The notes: generated by a model from the sequence alone, not told the origin. Counted from the stretch's first letter, positions 1 through 9,469 are shown. The stretch: DNA of 47,820 nt from Candidatus Aenigmarchaeota archaeon LH_S6 (GCA_023659935.1 JAGXOK010000003.1:1-47820), one strand, 5' to 3'. A program made the numbers and translations.

Positions 1-3000
1 AGATATGCCTCTGGAATAATTTTATTTGTACTATTCGCTATTAAACCAAAACTCTCATTTAGAATAGTTAATGTGAAATTGCATCCTTTATTTTTAGACA
101 TTAGGAGAGTTATATCTTCTATAATTTTATCTTCTAAATCACTAACTTTTATAGATTGTAAATAGGTGTATGAAGAGTTACCAACATTACAAAAAGTATC
201 CGTTCCACTTATGTTAAATCCTTCTCTTGTTGTATTCAAATCTATCCAACTTGTTGGATTACTAATTTTAAGGCTTTCGATAAAAGAACTAAGAGGATTT
301 TCTAAATCAGAATAAACTAGGTTTCTTGTCTGGTTCTGTAAATAACCTTTCCAGTTTATATTACCATCATTGCTTATATAAAAAAGATAAGTTACATTTG
401 ATTTTGGATTAACAAATTTGTCTGAATCTAGAACATCTAAATAATGAATATTTCCTGTGAGATTAATAATTAAATTATAATATCCAGAAATATTCTGGTT
501 GTCAGTTAGCACATAAGAGATATTCATTTCCTTACTTGTTATTTTAATTTCAATCACAGTGCAATTAACTTTACCTTCTGCAATCGAGCAAGTTGAACTT
601 GTGAAATTATTTGTTCCGCACAATCTAACATTTATCAAATTAGAGTCTCCATTTAATCCTTCTATTTCAGGTTCAACACAACTCTGATTATCTACTACAC
701 TTAAATTTGTGTTATTGGAGATATAGAAAGAATGACCAGAAAAAGTAAGGTTATATGTATTTCCACTCCAAGTCAGATTTTCTATTTTTATATCCTCAAC
801 TTTAAACAAATCTGGGTAAGTGTTGAAATTTGAAACAACTTTATTACTATCTGAATCTACAATTGTTATTTCTACATCAAAATACCCTAAATCCTTGTCT
901 TCCATCCAGTTTGGAGGGTTAAAAGAGCAGTTTGTTGTATAGTTCTCGCTACCAATTCCAGAGTGAGTCATCTTTGTGTTATTACAAGAACTCCCTTCAC
1001 TAAAAATTGTTCCGTTATCAGACCGGAATCTTAAGGTTATATTTAGTTCTTCATCAGTATAAATTCCATCCCTGTCTTTAGCAGAGATATTAAAATAAAT
1101 TGTATCTGCTGTTTGATTATTTTCTTTGTTTCTATCTATTATTGTTCTGTTATCTTTGTTTCCATGCCAAGTTATATCAATTTCGTAAGGCTGAGTATTT
1201 TCTAAGTTATAGAAACCATCATAACAAGTTTCTAAATTTTTGCAGTCTTCCAATTTATCTATCCACCAATCTCCATAAGAAGAATCATTGTTAGTATCAA
1301 CATTACTATCCCTGACATGAGCTATTGTGTCTATTTTTCCATAACTAAAATCACTTGCAGGTGAAGAGAAATTTTTTGTATTATTTTTGTTGATTGCCAA
1401 CAAAAAATTATATGGATCATAATGATTATAGTTAGTACTTTGTGTATAATTAATCCCTATCCTTGTATAACTTAAATTAAATTTTCCTGTGTTTTTTACA
1501 GTAACATTTATTCCCATCTTCTGGTCATATCTTATATCATGTGTTATTGACCACGCTAAAATTCCATCAATTTTAAACTCCCCAGACTTTGATAAATTCA
1601 AATATCTAATTGGATCACTTAAAGTAAAATTTGAAGAAGAACCATAAGTTGTACCAATAAAAGTGGAGGGATTAGGAGTTACACCCCCATATATATCTAT
1701 TCCAGAATCTGCATAAACCTCTAAAGAACCTTTTGGTAATTCTCTTCCTAAATCAATTACAATATAAGTAGAGTTTCCAACAGCAAATCTATTATCAGTC
1801 TCACCTAAAATGAAACTTGAATTTATCCATTTATTTTTATCAAATTTTGTTACATTCTCTGCCCAATAATAACAAGGAGTGGTAACATTTACTTTCAAAA
1901 TTTCTGCTGAAATATTTGGCAAAAAACCATAGCCACCATCAATTTTTGTAGTCGGAGTTTGGGCAACACAAAAAACTTCCCTCTCAGTGCTGAGATGAGG
2001 ATCTGTAATTGTTATTTCAAAATTGCCATCTGAGTCTGTTGTATCTGCTCCATAATTATGTGAATTGTGAGTTGGATTAAAATCAGAAGAGAAAATATTT
2101 CCATTCAAAGAGCAATGAACATTAGCATTCTTAACATTTTTGTTATTTGATAAAAATTTTATTTTTCCTTCTATCCTTAGTTTTGATGTTGAGTTTATTG
2201 TTGTTTTGAAAGTCGTGTTTAAATCTTCTACTTTAAACTTATCTCTATTTTGAGAATAACTAGAAGTTTTAGAACTTCCATAATTATCATCAACTTTAAA
2301 TTGAATATCAAACTTACCTAAATCAGAAGTAGGCATATTATTTGGTGGGTTCCATGAACAATTTCTGTAGTAATATGGTCCCCTTTTGCCATCCACTCCT
2401 GGTATATTTATTGTTTTATTTTGAGTCATTTTTTTATTTGTACAAACAGTCCAATTATTGCCTTGATCCGATTTAACCCAAATTGTTAAATACTGTTGCA
2501 ATTCATCTTTATCCCCAAGAACTCCATCAATATAATCAGTTGCATTAACTCTTATTGTGATTATATCATTTGTATTTGGAGTTTCTTTATTCCTGTCAAC
2601 AGGATCTGGTGAAGCAAACATAAAAGTTAAGTTTACTGGAGGTTTATCAACAACAGAAACTGTTACAGGACTTTGCCCGGCAACAATAGTTGTAAAACCA
2701 GTTTCTTTATTTGGAAACCTAACCCAACTACTAAAATTGTAGTTCCCAAACTCATGGTATTTTGCTTTCCAAGTTCCAGAATAAGTAACTGTATTTCCAG
2801 GAGCTAAATTCTGGTCAAATTGTATATAACAACCACAAGAACTATGTGGGTCCTCTTCATAGTCTCCCAAGTGTCCACAGGCATCTACCCATCCACCCCC
2901 ATTACAATCTTCGTTTGTTTCCGGATTGGTTCCATCCTCTGAACTAATCTCCCAATATAAATCCTCTTTTGCGAAAGTTAAATCCCCAATATTCTCAAAA

Positions 3001-5567
3001 GTAACATTAAAACTTGCTGATTCATCATGGTATAGAGAAGTGCTATTCCAAACATGATTTGTAGCCTGCAATCCAATATCTATGTTATAAGTCCCACTAC
3101 CAGCAATATCATCAATATCCATAATCTCACAGATAAAAGTGTTTGTTTTTAATGTACTATCTGCAAACTCTTTATCAAGTGCTCCAATATCACAATCAAA
3201 GTTTCCATTAGCCTCTGTTGTGTTGGTGCAACTAAAGCTATCATCCTCTTGAAAATAACATTTAACAGTTTCTCCTGAAACACTACTATCATAGGTTGTG
3301 TATTTTGCTGTTCCTGTTATATGCAAATCTGATGTTGTTCCATAGTGAGCAAGATTTGTTAGGTAAATGTCTTTTACTTCAAATAAATTACTTTCTGTTT
3401 TTTCATCTGTTAAACCTTCATCATCAACAGATTTTATTTTTACATCATAATATCCAATAGGTGAATTGTCTTTTGGATTATAGTTATAATAGCAATTCCA
3501 GTGGTAATTATCTGGGTCGTATTCACAATTAGAAGTAATATCTTTTTCATTTATACTTATTCCACTCTGGTCTTTTGCAATTGTTCCATCAGGTTTGTAA
3601 ATTGTTATATAAACTTTATCCTTATCTAAATTATCCTGATCATAAATTACTGTTGTAATTTTTATTTCAGCATCAGGAGTAAATTTAGAGACTTCATCAT
3701 CCCTATCTAGAGGAGATCTATCTTTTGAAATTGAAGTAATATTTGGATAGGCATACCAAGTTCCTGCCAGGCAGTATTCATCTATTCCATCTGAGTCTAT
3801 GTCTTCTCTAGAAGTATTCAAATAACAGCCATTATTCCAGACACAATCATCTGAATTTGCACAGCAAGCATCTGTGCCATCAGAAGAGCAAGCATCCGAA
3901 TTGCAGGAGCAGGTTATAGCATATTCACTTGAGTCGTCTCCACAACAAGTATCTGGAGAGGAAGCACAATCATTTCCATTAGAACAACTTAATTGCCAGT
4001 TTAAAGTACATGTTCCACAAGTGTTGGAGTTTGTATCAGGGTCATAATTTTTATAAGTGCAGGATTCATACACACTATTTCCATTTATATCAGATACAAT
4101 TGCCTCTTTGTAAGTAGCACCAACTGCTCCAGCACCAGAGCAATAATCTGAAATTAGACTCCCAGCGGATTTATTAATGCAATAATCAGGATTTGAGTTA
4201 GAGCAGTATCCTTCCCTGCCAGGATCACAATTTCCGTTTATTGAGGAATCGTCTCCATCACTGTCAGATGCTACAACATCGTAATCTCTACAATCTTTTG
4301 TTCCTGTATTATAACTAATTCCGCTTTTACAGTATTCTGTTAAAGTATAGCTACTGCAACTATCATAATATGTATTATAGGTACAAGAACCACCAGAACA
4401 AGTAGTATAGTCATAGATATATCCTCCAGTTGTGTAAGCCCAGCAACCATCAGACTCATAGGTATTCTTTGAGGCACAATCCTCCACAGTTGAGCCCCAA
4501 GTATAAGTACAGGTATTAGTATTTAAAATTACATAATAATCCTTATAAGATTTAATCACAGAACCATCACAGGTATTACTGCAAATATCTGAACTATCAC
4601 AATTTTTAGTCGGGCAATTTGTTGTTGTATAAGTACAACTACCCGTCGAATTTACATAATAATCTCTTTTTTGAGAAGAAGGATCTGTTCCACAACCTGC
4701 TGTATTTCCTCCATCATACCAGCCATCATTAGAATCACAAGTTTTTGTTGAAGTTACTGAATATGTACAAGCCCCACCACTGCAAGAATAATCCCTATAT
4801 TCTGCGGTTGGGTCATTCATATTATTACAACCAGGTCCATCATCCCCATAGTCATACCAGCCATCAAAATCATTGCAATTTTTCGTTGCATCAGAACCTA
4901 AATCATTTCCAGAACATTGTTTATCATGAACTACATTCCCATTACAAGTATCATTATATCTAATATCTACCAAGCAACTACCTCCGGAACAGGATTTATT
5001 ATCTATTACATATTCTTTAACTGTCCAACTTGAACCAGAATCATAGCAAGTGTCAGAACCACAATCTACACAATTCCCAGCATAATCGCAATTCCCAGAA
5101 CCATCGCAATAACCCTGACATTTATAATTTCCACCATTTCCATAATTATCATCTCCTGAGCTAGAAGAACATTGCCAAGTTGCATCACACAAACCAGTTC
5201 CAGCTGAATAATTTGTACAAGTTCCTTCATGTCCGGATATATTGCAGGCTTCACAAGTACCACCACAAGCAGAATTACAACAGTAACCATCTACACAATT
5301 TCCAGAACAGCACTCGCTTCCTGCTGAACAGGTATCTCCATTACACCCACAACGTTGATACCAATCCCATATTCCACAATTATCAACCATGCCATCTGTC
5401 CCACATTCACCGTCTCCTTCGCAATACTCTCCTACATTAACATTATCACAGTGAGGACCATCCCTATTCCCTTGGGGACAGGAATCTAGTAACTCAGTAC
5501 AGCATGATCCTAGGACTATCCCAGAAGCATATATAAAAAAAGCTAAAATAATAACAATTTTCCTCAT
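1..5567 (-). CDS. Giant secreted cysteine-rich surface protein, 3'-truncated by the window edge (about 1855 codons in window)
   Basis: Absent from the ORF track because it has no stop codon in the window. Hand translation from the ATG at 5567-5565 gives MRKIVIILAFFIYASGIVLGSCCTELLDSCPQGNRDGPHCDNVNVGEYCEGDGECG... This is a signal peptide followed by dense Cys motifs (GDTCSAGSECCSGNCVDGYCC) and DSDGD-type acidic motifs. Further on there are three divergent beta-sandwich-like modules ending in F(K/E)V(E/K)D(I/L). No other minus-strand ORF is listed in 1-5066, which fits one uninterrupted frame. Confidence 0.8.
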   Translation of the reverse strand, partial: MRKIVIILAFFIYASGIVLGSCCTELLDSCPQGNRDGPHCDNVNVGEYCEGDGECGTDGMVDNCGIWDWYQRCGCNGDTCSAGSECCSGNCVDGYCCNSACGGTCEACNISGHEGTCTNYSAGTGLCDATWQCSSSSGDDNYGNGGNYKCQGYCDGSGNCDYAGNCVDCGSDTCYDSGSSWTVKEYVIDNKSCSGGSCLVDIRYNDTCNGNVVHDKQCSGNDLGSDATKNCNDFDGWYDYGDDGPGCNNMNDPTAEYRDYSCSGGACTYSVTSTKTCDSNDGWYDGGNTAGCGTDPSSQKRDYYVNSTGSCTYTTTNCPTKNCDSSDICSNTCDGSVIKSYKDYYVILNTNTCTYTWGSTVEDCASKNTYESDGCWAYTTGGYIYDYTTCSGGSCTYNTYYDSCSSYTLTEYCKSGISYNTGTKDCRDYDVVASDSDGDDSSINGNCDPGREGYCSNSNPDYCINKSAGSLISDYCSGAGAVGATYKEAIVSDINGNSVYESCTYKNYDPDTNSNTCGTCTLNWQLSCSNGNDCASSPDTCCGDDSSEYAITCSCNSDACSSDGTDACCANSDDCVWNNGCYLNTSREDIDSDGIDEYCLAGTWYAYPNITSISKDRSPLDRDDEVSKFTPDAEIKITTVIYDQDNLDKDKVYITIYKPDGTIAKDQSGISINEKDITSNCEYDPDNYHWNCYYNYNPKDNSPIGYYDVKIKSVDDEGLTDEKTESNLFEVKDIYLTNLAHYGTTSDLHITGTAKYTTYDSSVSGETVKCYFQEDDSFSCTNTTEANGNFDCDIGALDKEFADSTLKTNTFICEIMDIDDIAGSGTYNIDIGLQATNHVWNSTSLYHDESASFNVTFENIGDLTFAKEDLYWEISSEDGTNPETNEDCNGGGWVDACGHLGDYEEDPHSSCGCYIQFDQNLAPGNTVTYSGTWKAKYHEFGNYNFSSWVRFPNKETGFTTIVAGQSPVTVSVVDKPPVNLTFMFASPDPVDRNKETPNTNDIITIRVNATDYIDGVLGDKDELQQYLTIWVKSDQGNNWTVCTNKKMTQNKTINIPGVDGKRGPYYYRNCSWNPPNNMPTSDLGKFDIQFKVDDNYGSSKTSSYSQNRDKFKVEDLNTTFKTTINSTSKLRIEGKIKFLSNNKNVKNANVHCSLNGNIFSSDFNPTHNSHNYGADTTDSDGNFEITITDPHLSTEREVFCVAQTPTTKIDGGYGFLPNISAEILKVNVTTPCYYWAENVTKFDKNKWINSSFILGETDNRFAVGNSTYIVIDLGRELPKGSLEVYADSGIDIYGGVTPNPSTFIGTTYGSSSNFTLSDPIRYLNLSKSGEFKIDGILAWSITHDIRYDQKMGINVTVKNTGKFNLSYTRIGINYTQSTNYNHYDPYNFLLAINKNNTKNFSSPASDFSYGKIDTIAHVRDSNVDTNNDSSYGDWWIDKLEDCKNLETCYDGFYNLENTQPYEIDITWHGNKDNRTIIDRNKENNQTADTIYFNISAKDRDGIYTDEELNITLRFRSDNGTIFSEGSSCNNTKMTHSGIGSENYTTNCSFNPPNWMEDKDLGYFDVEITIVDSDSNKVVSNFNTYPDLFKVEDIKIENLTWSGNTYNLTFSGHSFYISNNTNLSVVDNQSCVEPEIEGLNGDSNLINVRLCGTNNFTSSTCSIAEGKVNCTVIEIKITSKEMNISYVLTDNQNISGYYNLIINLTGNIHYLDVLDSDKFVNPKSNVTYLFYISNDGNINWKGYLQNQTRNLVYSDLENPLSSFIESLKISNPTSWIDLNTTREGFNISGTDTFCNVGNSSYTYLQSIKVSDLEDKIIEDITLLMSKNKGCNFTLTILNESFGLIANSTNKIIPEAY

Positions 5568-5596
5568 AATACTTCTATTATTTATATAATCCATAA

Positions 5597-6070
5597 TTAT
5601 CTCTTTTTCATATTTTGTTGATACCAAAAAAACCAGAAAACAAAGATTAGAGCAAGAAACAGAAAGTTCCACAAAAAGTAATGAAGAGGTTTAAACCAGG
5701 AATAAGAAATAGAACCTACATAAATTGTTATAATAACTCTAAACAGATTATAAAAATATAAAGGAATCAGGAATAATAAAGATTTTAATCTACTTGAAAG
5801 TTTAATTCCTAAAGGTAGGAAAACTAAGGCACAAAAAATATAAAATTGCTTCCACCCAGTACAATCAAAAGTTATTATCGACGAGAAATTTTTTGTTATT
5901 ATCTGGTAACCTTGAGTCTGAAATTCAATACCAAATAAATTTAAAAGCCAGGTAACTTGTGAAAAAAAAATTTGCTGGAAAATTTGGATTTCAAAGTGAA
6001 AAAAAGAGAGGAAAAATAGAGGGGTTATCAAAAGAATTGCTCTCAAAATTAATTTTTCCTTATTATTCAT
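5597..6070 (-). CDS. Archaeosortase/exosortase-family membrane protein (small, 157 aa)
   Basis: Polytopic hydrophobic protein with the ordered Cys / Arg / His signature I associate with the exosortase-archaeosortase core: FDCTGWKQ, then YNLFRV, then PLHYFLW. Confidence 0.6.
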   Translation of the reverse strand: MNNKEKLILRAILLITPLFFLSFFHFEIQIFQQIFFSQVTWLLNLFGIEFQTQGYQIITKNFSSIITFDCTGWKQFYIFCALVFLPLGIKLSSRLKSLLFLIPLYFYNLFRVIITIYVGSISYSWFKPLHYFLWNFLFLALIFVFWFFWYQQNMKKR

Positions 6071-6144
6071 AATAGATTCTACTAACTCAATTAATCTATA
6101 AATTAATATTCAACTAAAACTCCAGTTTTGTCAAAATAAATCTT

Positions 6145-6654
6145 TTACCCAACATAAACTATCACCTCCACAAAATCTTTATTTAAAGTTGCAATTCTTT
6201 TTATGTGCGCAGTTGTACCAAGTTTTTTACCTACAGGCTTACATTTAATCACATTTGTATTATTTAGATAATTAATTTCAACAACTAAATTCTCACTTTC
6301 TAAACCAAAAGAATCTCTAAGTTTTTGAATTTTTGTTAAATCTGTTGTTGAACTACATATTTTCTCAAATTCATTAATTTTTGTTGAATTTAGAGAGTAG
6401 GGCTCAGAGGCAAGACCTATTCTTTCAAAATTAGTTTCATTCCAATTAGCAGGATAACCTTTATCCTTGATTAACAGTTCAGAAATAGAATATGCCTTAG
6501 AATACAAAATATCAGACTGGATATCGTTACTGTAAGTAGGATAAAAACTTATAATAGTATAAACCAAATAAATTGAGAGAGAGATAAACAAAATAGTACT
6601 GATAATAAAGTAAATATTTACCTGTCCCTTAAAATTATTGTCCTTTTCTATCAT
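6145..6654 (-). CDS. Class III signal peptide (type IV pilin-like) protein, GYPxNWN family
   Basis: The track start is a TTG. The ATG at 6654 lies 1 nt after the upstream stop and gives MIEKDNNFKG/QVNIYFIISTILFISLSIYLVY (KGQ followed by a hydrophobic helix). It is a paralog of 44492..44974, sharing GYP(A/K)NWN..N...IGL. Confidence 0.6.
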   Translation of the reverse strand: MIEKDNNFKGQVNIYFIISTILFISLSIYLVYTIISFYPTYSNDIQSDILYSKAYSISELLIKDKGYPANWNETNFERIGLASEPYSLNSTKINEFEKICSSTTDLTKIQKLRDSFGLESENLVVEINYLNNTNVIKCKPVGKKLGTTAHIKRIATLNKDFVEVIVYVG

Positions 6655-6655
6655 C

Positions 6656-7630
6656 TTAAAATAGGCCAATTAAGTTTGCCATAACTATGATAAATAATCC
6701 CAAGAAAAACATAATTAAACCATGCTTTGCTCCTTCCAACCAGCTTTTTGCAGAGATTTGCCCAGCAATTAGTCCAGTAAAAAATCCCTGGATAAGGATC
6801 ATTGTAAAAAATAAGGATTTGTAATATACTGGCAGTGAATTTTGCTCTCCGAAACCAAACATTCCTCCAATAGTATTATAATAACCACAGAGACCATAAC
6901 AAAAAGGCTCATTACAGGCAACGCAAGGAGACTTTGCTTGCATCAACTGAATATTACCTACTGTACTTTCAGTTCCTCCAATTTCAGAAAACATAGGAAT
7001 TAAAAAATTTCCAATTGCAATTGTTAATCCAACAAATAACAAAAAAATACCATACATCATAAACACATGTTGTTGCATCATTGATTTTTTGTCTTTTTCA
7101 CTTTCCATTATTTTGAGCAAAGAAGTTATTAATGTCTCCAAAATATCTTCTATATTTCCTCCACTTCTGTAAGTTTCTAATAGAGTTGAGATGGACCTTG
7201 ATAGAATTCTATTCTCACTCAAACTTTTTTGCATCTGTTTTAAAGCAGAATCTATGCTAATCCCCCAGCTTATATTTTTTTTCAATTTTTCTATATGTTT
7301 ATTTAATTTTCCATAATCACCCTTGCAGGTTTTAATTGCTTCTGGAAAAGAAATACCACTCTTTTTTGCTTCTTTTAAATCATCTAAAAACATAGGAAGC
7401 TTGTCTTCACAATCTTTTATTTCTAGGAAATGTAAATATCTATAAAAGAAAAAAGGTAAAACAAAAACAAAAACTGCAAAAATTAAAAAGTTTAATAGAA
7501 TATTAAAGTTAACAAATAGTAAAGAGAGAACTACTCCAAATAAAATAATAGCAAGAGCTCCAATTGCAGAATAGAATAAAATCTCTTGTTTTTTTGTTAG
7601 TTCCCTACCTAACATTTTCTCTAATTTCAT
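6656..7630 (-). CDS. Type IV pilus/Tad-Epd-like membrane platform protein, single T2SS-F domain (FlaJ/TadC-like)
   Basis: About 6 TM segments plus a cytoplasmic helical domain (LPMFLDDLKEAKKSGISFPEAIK...ISWGISIDSALKQM...RSISTLLETYRSGGNIEDIL) typical of GspF/TadC/FlaJ. Its start forms an ATGA overlap with the upstream gene. A Cys-rich loop is present (CVACNEPFCYGLCGYY). Confidence 0.75.
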   Translation of the reverse strand: MKLEKMLGRELTKKQEILFYSAIGALAIILFGVVLSLLFVNFNILLNFLIFAVFVFVLPFFFYRYLHFLEIKDCEDKLPMFLDDLKEAKKSGISFPEAIKTCKGDYGKLNKHIEKLKKNISWGISIDSALKQMQKSLSENRILSRSISTLLETYRSGGNIEDILETLITSLLKIMESEKDKKSMMQQHVFMMYGIFLLFVGLTIAIGNFLIPMFSEIGGTESTVGNIQLMQAKSPCVACNEPFCYGLCGYYNTIGGMFGFGEQNSLPVYYKSLFFTMILIQGFFTGLIAGQISAKSWLEGAKHGLIMFFLGLFIIVMANLIGLF

Positions 7631-8484
7631 GGTGAACTAATACCGATATAAAAAGCAAGAACTACAGATATAGCAGGCATTAACATAAAAGAAATCAAAA
7701 CCTGCATTGCAAGAATACTTTCAACTCCCCCCATCATACCCATCACACTTGATAAAATTGTGAAAAAAATTGGACCAACAATCATCACTGTAATATACAT
7801 TTCTATAATCATAGATAAAGTACTAGCATAAGTTTTTATTTTTCTTTGATAATTGTTAAATAAAGAAATTGACTTGTTGTTTAAAAAAAGAGTTAAATCC
7901 GCGCCTGAACTTATTGTCGTTTCTATTCCCAAGAGTAAATCTTTGAATTCTTTTGATGGAGTCCTCTTTGCCTCCCTTCTCAAAGCACTTAAAATATCCA
8001 TTCCAAGAGTATCTACATCTTTTATCACATTTCTTGCTTGTTCTTTTAACTCTGGATATTCATCTAATTTTTTAATTGATTTAAAAATTGAGATAGGTGG
8101 AGCATCAGAACTGGCTGCGGCAGTCATATAACTAACAGAGAAAGGAAGACCTTTTTCTATTTTTGAGGCTAAGTTACTGACTTGTGCTTTTGGATATGTT
8201 GTGAAAAGAAAGAAGATAATTATTGCTCCTGCTCCAGAAAAAATAAAAGATAGTAGGATGGCAAAAACAACATGAATAAAAAAAGATAAAATCAGGGTTA
8301 TAATTGGTAGTTCTGTAACAAAAATGATTAAAGAAACAAAAATTGCAAGTGAGAGGTATTCCGTCAAAGAATATTTCATCCCACTTTTTTTTAAGTCTTC
8401 TGTTACATATTTAAAATTTGGAGCAATCTTTGAAGCAATTTCACCATAAGATAAATAAGCTCTCTTAACAAGGTCTTTAAGCAT
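7627..8484 (-). CDS. Type IV pilus/Tad-Epd-like membrane platform protein, single T2SS-F domain (FlaJ/TadB-like)
   Basis: TM-rich, with a FlaJ-like cytoplasmic domain (LPFSVSYMTAAASSDAPPISIFKSI...NVIKDVDTLGMDILSALRREAKRTPS...LLLGIETTISSGADL). It is paired with 6656..7630 in the same way as TadB/TadC or EpdJ/EpdK. Confidence 0.75.
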   Translation of the reverse strand: MLKDLVKRAYLSYGEIASKIAPNFKYVTEDLKKSGMKYSLTEYLSLAIFVSLIIFVTELPIITLILSFFIHVVFAILLSFIFSGAGAIIIFFLFTTYPKAQVSNLASKIEKGLPFSVSYMTAAASSDAPPISIFKSIKKLDEYPELKEQARNVIKDVDTLGMDILSALRREAKRTPSKEFKDLLLGIETTISSGADLTLFLNNKSISLFNNYQRKIKTYASTLSMIIEMYITVMIVGPIFFTILSSVMGMMGGVESILAMQVLISFMLMPAISVVLAFYIGISSP

Positions 8485-8564
8485 AATATAAACATTTATT
8501 TCTAAAATTATAGATATTCAAGAAAACAGTTCATTAATTACTTATTTATTATTTTTTATTTATT

Positions 8565-8981
8565 ATGGGAGTCTTAAGTTTCAGAATAAAAAAAATAGAA
8601 GGTGATGTTGGAGAGAGAAGAACAGGGGAGTTAAAAGTAAGTTCTTCTCCACCAAGGATAAAAAACGTAATTGAAAGGGAAGTTGGATTGGCAGGAAATA
8701 AAACAAAGGTTCTTGCAATTGATTTTGAATGCAAAACAAAATATGAGCCAATAAATGCGAAAATAAACATTTATGGGGAGGTATTGTACACAGATGAGAG
8801 ACAAAAAGAAATTCTTAAAAAGTGGGAGAAAGAAAAGAAAATTGATGAAAAGGTTGGTTTGTATCTTTTAAATTATATTTTTAAAAGATATGCTGTCCAG
8901 TGTATAAAAATTGCGGATGATTTGCAGTTACCTGCACCAGTCAAATTACCTGAATTTGTGAAGAAGGGAGAAGGTCAATAA
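8565..8981 (+). CDS. Hypothetical protein (weak SecB-like resemblance)
   Basis: ATG start, 138 aa, no competing ORF apart from an antisense artifact. The C-terminal LLNYIFKRYAVQCIKIADDLQLPAPVKLPEF recalls the SecB C-terminal helix and strand. I recognise no firm family. Confidence 0.5.
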   Translation: MGVLSFRIKKIEGDVGERRTGELKVSSSPPRIKNVIEREVGLAGNKTKVLAIDFECKTKYEPINAKINIYGEVLYTDERQKEILKKWEKEKKIDEKVGLYLLNYIFKRYAVQCIKIADDLQLPAPVKLPEFVKKGEGQ

Positions 8982-9039
8982 TCTTATTTTTATATCTAAA
9001 GAAAGTCCTTTTATTATATTTTAGTTTATCTATATTATT

Positions 9040-9462
9040 ATGGCAGAAGATGATAGATGGTTAGAAGAAAATCCTTTTAAATCACTTAGGGATATCCAAA
9101 AAGAATTCCAAAAACAGTTCCAGCCAATTTGGCAGTCATTCCAAAGTTTTCCAGTAGATTTGACAGAAACAGAGAAGGAAGTAATTGCCAGGGCAGAATT
9201 ACCAGGGTTTAAAAAAGAAGATGTACATGTTGAAGCAACAGAAAAAAAAATTTCAATTCATGCAAAAAGAAAAGAAGAAAAAGTAGAAAAGGACGAAGAT
9301 TTTTATAGAAGGGAAAGAAGTTCTGGAGAAGTTAAAAGAGTTTTAGACTTTCCTGTTGATGTTAAACCAGAAGACCCAAAATTGGAATTTAAAGATGGTA
9401 TTTTGGAAATAAAACTTCCCAAAAAAGAAGTTTCAAAGAAGAAGAAATTCAAATTACTTTAA
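9040..9462 (+). CDS. Small heat shock protein, alpha-crystallin/Hsp20 family
   Basis: 140 aa. Alpha-crystallin core pattern: PVDLTETEKEVIARAELPGFKKEDVHVE...ISIHAKRKEE...FYRRERSSGEVKRVLDFPVDV...EFKDGILEIKLPK. Confidence 0.9.
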   Translation: MAEDDRWLEENPFKSLRDIQKEFQKQFQPIWQSFQSFPVDLTETEKEVIARAELPGFKKEDVHVEATEKKISIHAKRKEEKVEKDEDFYRRERSSGEVKRVLDFPVDVKPEDPKLEFKDGILEIKLPKKEVSKKKKFKLL

Positions 9463-9469
9463 TTTTATT

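Noticed and set aside
1100-5440. Plus-strand ORFs 1100..1294, 2557..2742, 4745..4963 and 5180..5440, and minus-strand ORF 5066..5290
   Set aside because: They are His/Leu/Tyr/Phe-rich low-complexity translations lying antisense to, or out of frame within, the long open minus-strand frame 1..5567. Several start at non-ATG codons.
8549-8770. Minus-strand 73-aa ORF
   Set aside because: It lies antisense to 8565..8981 and overlaps most of its own length with that gene. The composition is hydrophobic and low-complexity, and there is no operon context.
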